In this document: positions 37,228 through 38,318 of the stretch, in pieces
Layout of the letters: every line of letters starts with the position of its first letter
How positions within the stretch are numbered: the stretch's first letter is position 1
Virus record (IMG/VR): IMGVR_UViG_3300008255_000246
Span: 1-38,318 of that record
Strand: one strand, 5' to 3'
DNA length: 38,318 nt
Origin: a virus
Lineage: Duplodnaviria > Caudoviricetes
Translations under genes and position numbers: made by a program
The notes under the pieces: generated by a model
What the model was told of the DNA's origin: nothing
What the model saw: the letters and a program-made list of their open reading frames with translations, nothing else
Database searches by the model: none

Positions 37228-37243
37228 CTGCAATCGATTGCAG
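37228..37243. repeat. dispersed palindrome copy 9
   Basis: Core 16-mer between the capsid stop and its terminator. Confidence 0.95.
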
Positions 37244-37250
37244 TTGACCT

Positions 37251-37286
37251 AAAACAAGGCGGCCATTGAGCCGCCTTGTTTTTTTT
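37251..37286 (+). terminator. strong intrinsic terminator after the capsid gene
   Basis: AAAACAAGGCGGC-CATTGA-GCCGCCTTGTTTT followed by further T's. Confidence 0.85.
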
Positions 37287-37388
37287 CTTGCGGATCACGT
37301 TGGTTCTAGTTGAAATTGACTCGCTCACCATTGAGCCCCGCTCAGGTGAATGTCATCTTGTCTTACGCCTCAACTCTAGGAGTTTTGC

Positions 37389-37967
37389 ATGTCTACGACA
37401 CGCACCCCGGTCTACCGTATTAAAGAGCACTTGGTGGAAAATCCTCGCAAGACAATTCAACTAGGCGGCTGGTCTGCCTTGGATGCTCCTGTGATCACGC
37501 TGAGTCAAGCTGAGCCCTTCATCTATGATGATCAGCCCCACCTTGAGCGATATAAGGTATACCTCGGCACACACCTGCGCTTAGTGGACGCGCCTAAGAA
37601 GGTGGACGCCACGCTGAAGTCAAAGTTTGCGGCGCTTCACGATAACATCGAGAGCGGCAAGCCTTTGAACATGAAGCCCGCTAGTGAGCCCCATACGCCC
37701 AAGCAGGAGGACGCCTACCCCAACTTCCCCAAGAGTGAGCCGCAGTCGCTAGAGGTCAACGTTGAGGCCGATGATGTCCAAAGCATTGAGCTTTCCGCGC
37801 TCATCCCCTCAGCCGAGGAGCTTGAGTCGCAGAACCGAGAGGCTTTGATCTCGCTGGCCGAGAAACTTGGAGTGTGGGAGGACATCAAGCCTGCCTCTGG
37901 AACCTACAAGACTAAGGCAGACATCTTGAATCACCTGCTCGCTCTTAAGGGCAATAAGGTGACTTGA
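37389..37967 (+). CDS. hypothetical protein with a C-terminal HeH (SAP/LEM/Rho-N-like) motif
   Basis: AGGAG RBS; NREALISLAEKLGV...TKADILNHL. Confidence 0.55.
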   Translation: MSTTRTPVYRIKEHLVENPRKTIQLGGWSALDAPVITLSQAEPFIYDDQPHLERYKVYLGTHLRLVDAPKKVDATLKSKFAALHDNIESGKPLNMKPASEPHTPKQEDAYPNFPKSEPQSLEVNVEADDVQSIELSALIPSAEELESQNREALISLAEKLGVWEDIKPASGTYKTKADILNHLLALKGNKVT

Positions 37968-38024
37968 TCGCGCTTGATCCTCCGGCGATACTTTGAGGGT
38001 TAAAGCACCCGCGAGGAGGATGTG

Positions 38025-38318
38025 ATGGCGTTGAGATTTTTCGGGCTAGATCCCAGCTATGCCCTGACAGGCAGTGCCCCTTTATACCGCTGCTACTTTG
38101 TAGACGAGGTGACTGGAGTGCCGACCGATCCAGATAGCGTCCTCTCTCTTGAGGTCTATCTTGGCGGCGTGCTCCAGCGCTCGTTTATACCTCCAGATAT
38201 TACGAGCCCAGGCGTCGGTCTTTATCAGGCCCAGGATGTCGTCTTGGACGACCCCGCCGTTCTTGAGCTGCGCTGGACGTTCATTGATGGCGGTGTGACA
38301 AGACAAGCCTCTGTGAGC
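38025..38318 (+). CDS. 3'-truncated ORF missing from the supplied track, possibly a virion structural (beta-rich) protein
   Basis: GAGGAG RBS, ATG 38025, open to the window end: MALRFFGLDPSYALTGSAPLYRCYFVDEVTGVPTDPDSV...GLY...LRWTF. Confidence 0.6.
   Translation, partial: MALRFFGLDPSYALTGSAPLYRCYFVDEVTGVPTDPDSVLSLEVYLGGVLQRSFIPPDITSPGVGLYQAQDVVLDDPAVLELRWTFIDGGVTRQASVS

Noticed and set aside
1557-37243. Palindromic repeats plus a Cas4-like gene read as a CRISPR system
   Set aside because: Copies are kilobases apart with whole genes between them; there is no repeat-spacer array and no cas1/cas2.
1579-37331. CACCAT near several palindromes (1579, 10930, 20764, 33687, 37326) as a promoter element
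   Set aside because: Only a 6-mer, with inconsistent side and spacing relative to the core; not distinguishable from chance by eye.
38082-38306. 74-aa minus-strand ORF in the track
   Set aside because: The plus-strand frame from ATG 38025 has a strong RBS, is open to the end and matches genome polarity.
1-38318. tRNA/rRNA genes, integrase, transposase or alternative genetic code
   Set aside because: None seen; intergenic gaps are short, and full-length genes end in TAA, TAG and TGA under the standard code.

Overview
A 38.3 kb segment of a large tailed dsDNA bacteriophage genome (GC-rich), with all credible genes on the + strand and densely packed. Order: (1) replication/nucleotide module (5'-truncated SNF2 helicase, putative initiator, DnaC-like loader, DnaB helicase, dCTP deaminase, primase, gp32-like SSB, GroES-like protein, tandem-domain ThyX); (2) recombination module (SF2 helicase, RecA with a Cys-rich insert, Hjc-like, Cas4-like and RuvC-like nucleases, HTH protein); (3) a nucleotide-sugar cluster (WlbA/WlbB/WlbC-like 2,3-diamino-sugar enzymes, PIG-L deacetylase, GT-B glycosyltransferase, WbqC-like protein) running directly into ParB-N, small and large terminase; (4) T4-like head module (gp20-like portal, gp21-like protease fused to scaffold, gp23-like major capsid). 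Two main highlights. First, a candidate packaging-linked DNA (or virion) glycosylation system that would use a diamino/aminoacyl sugar. Second, a 16-bp perfect palindrome CTGCAATCGATTGCAG found 9 times (plus one loop variant), almost always at gene junctions, with copy-specific flanks that stay self-complementary. All protein calls come from motif recognition by eye; no database searches were run.
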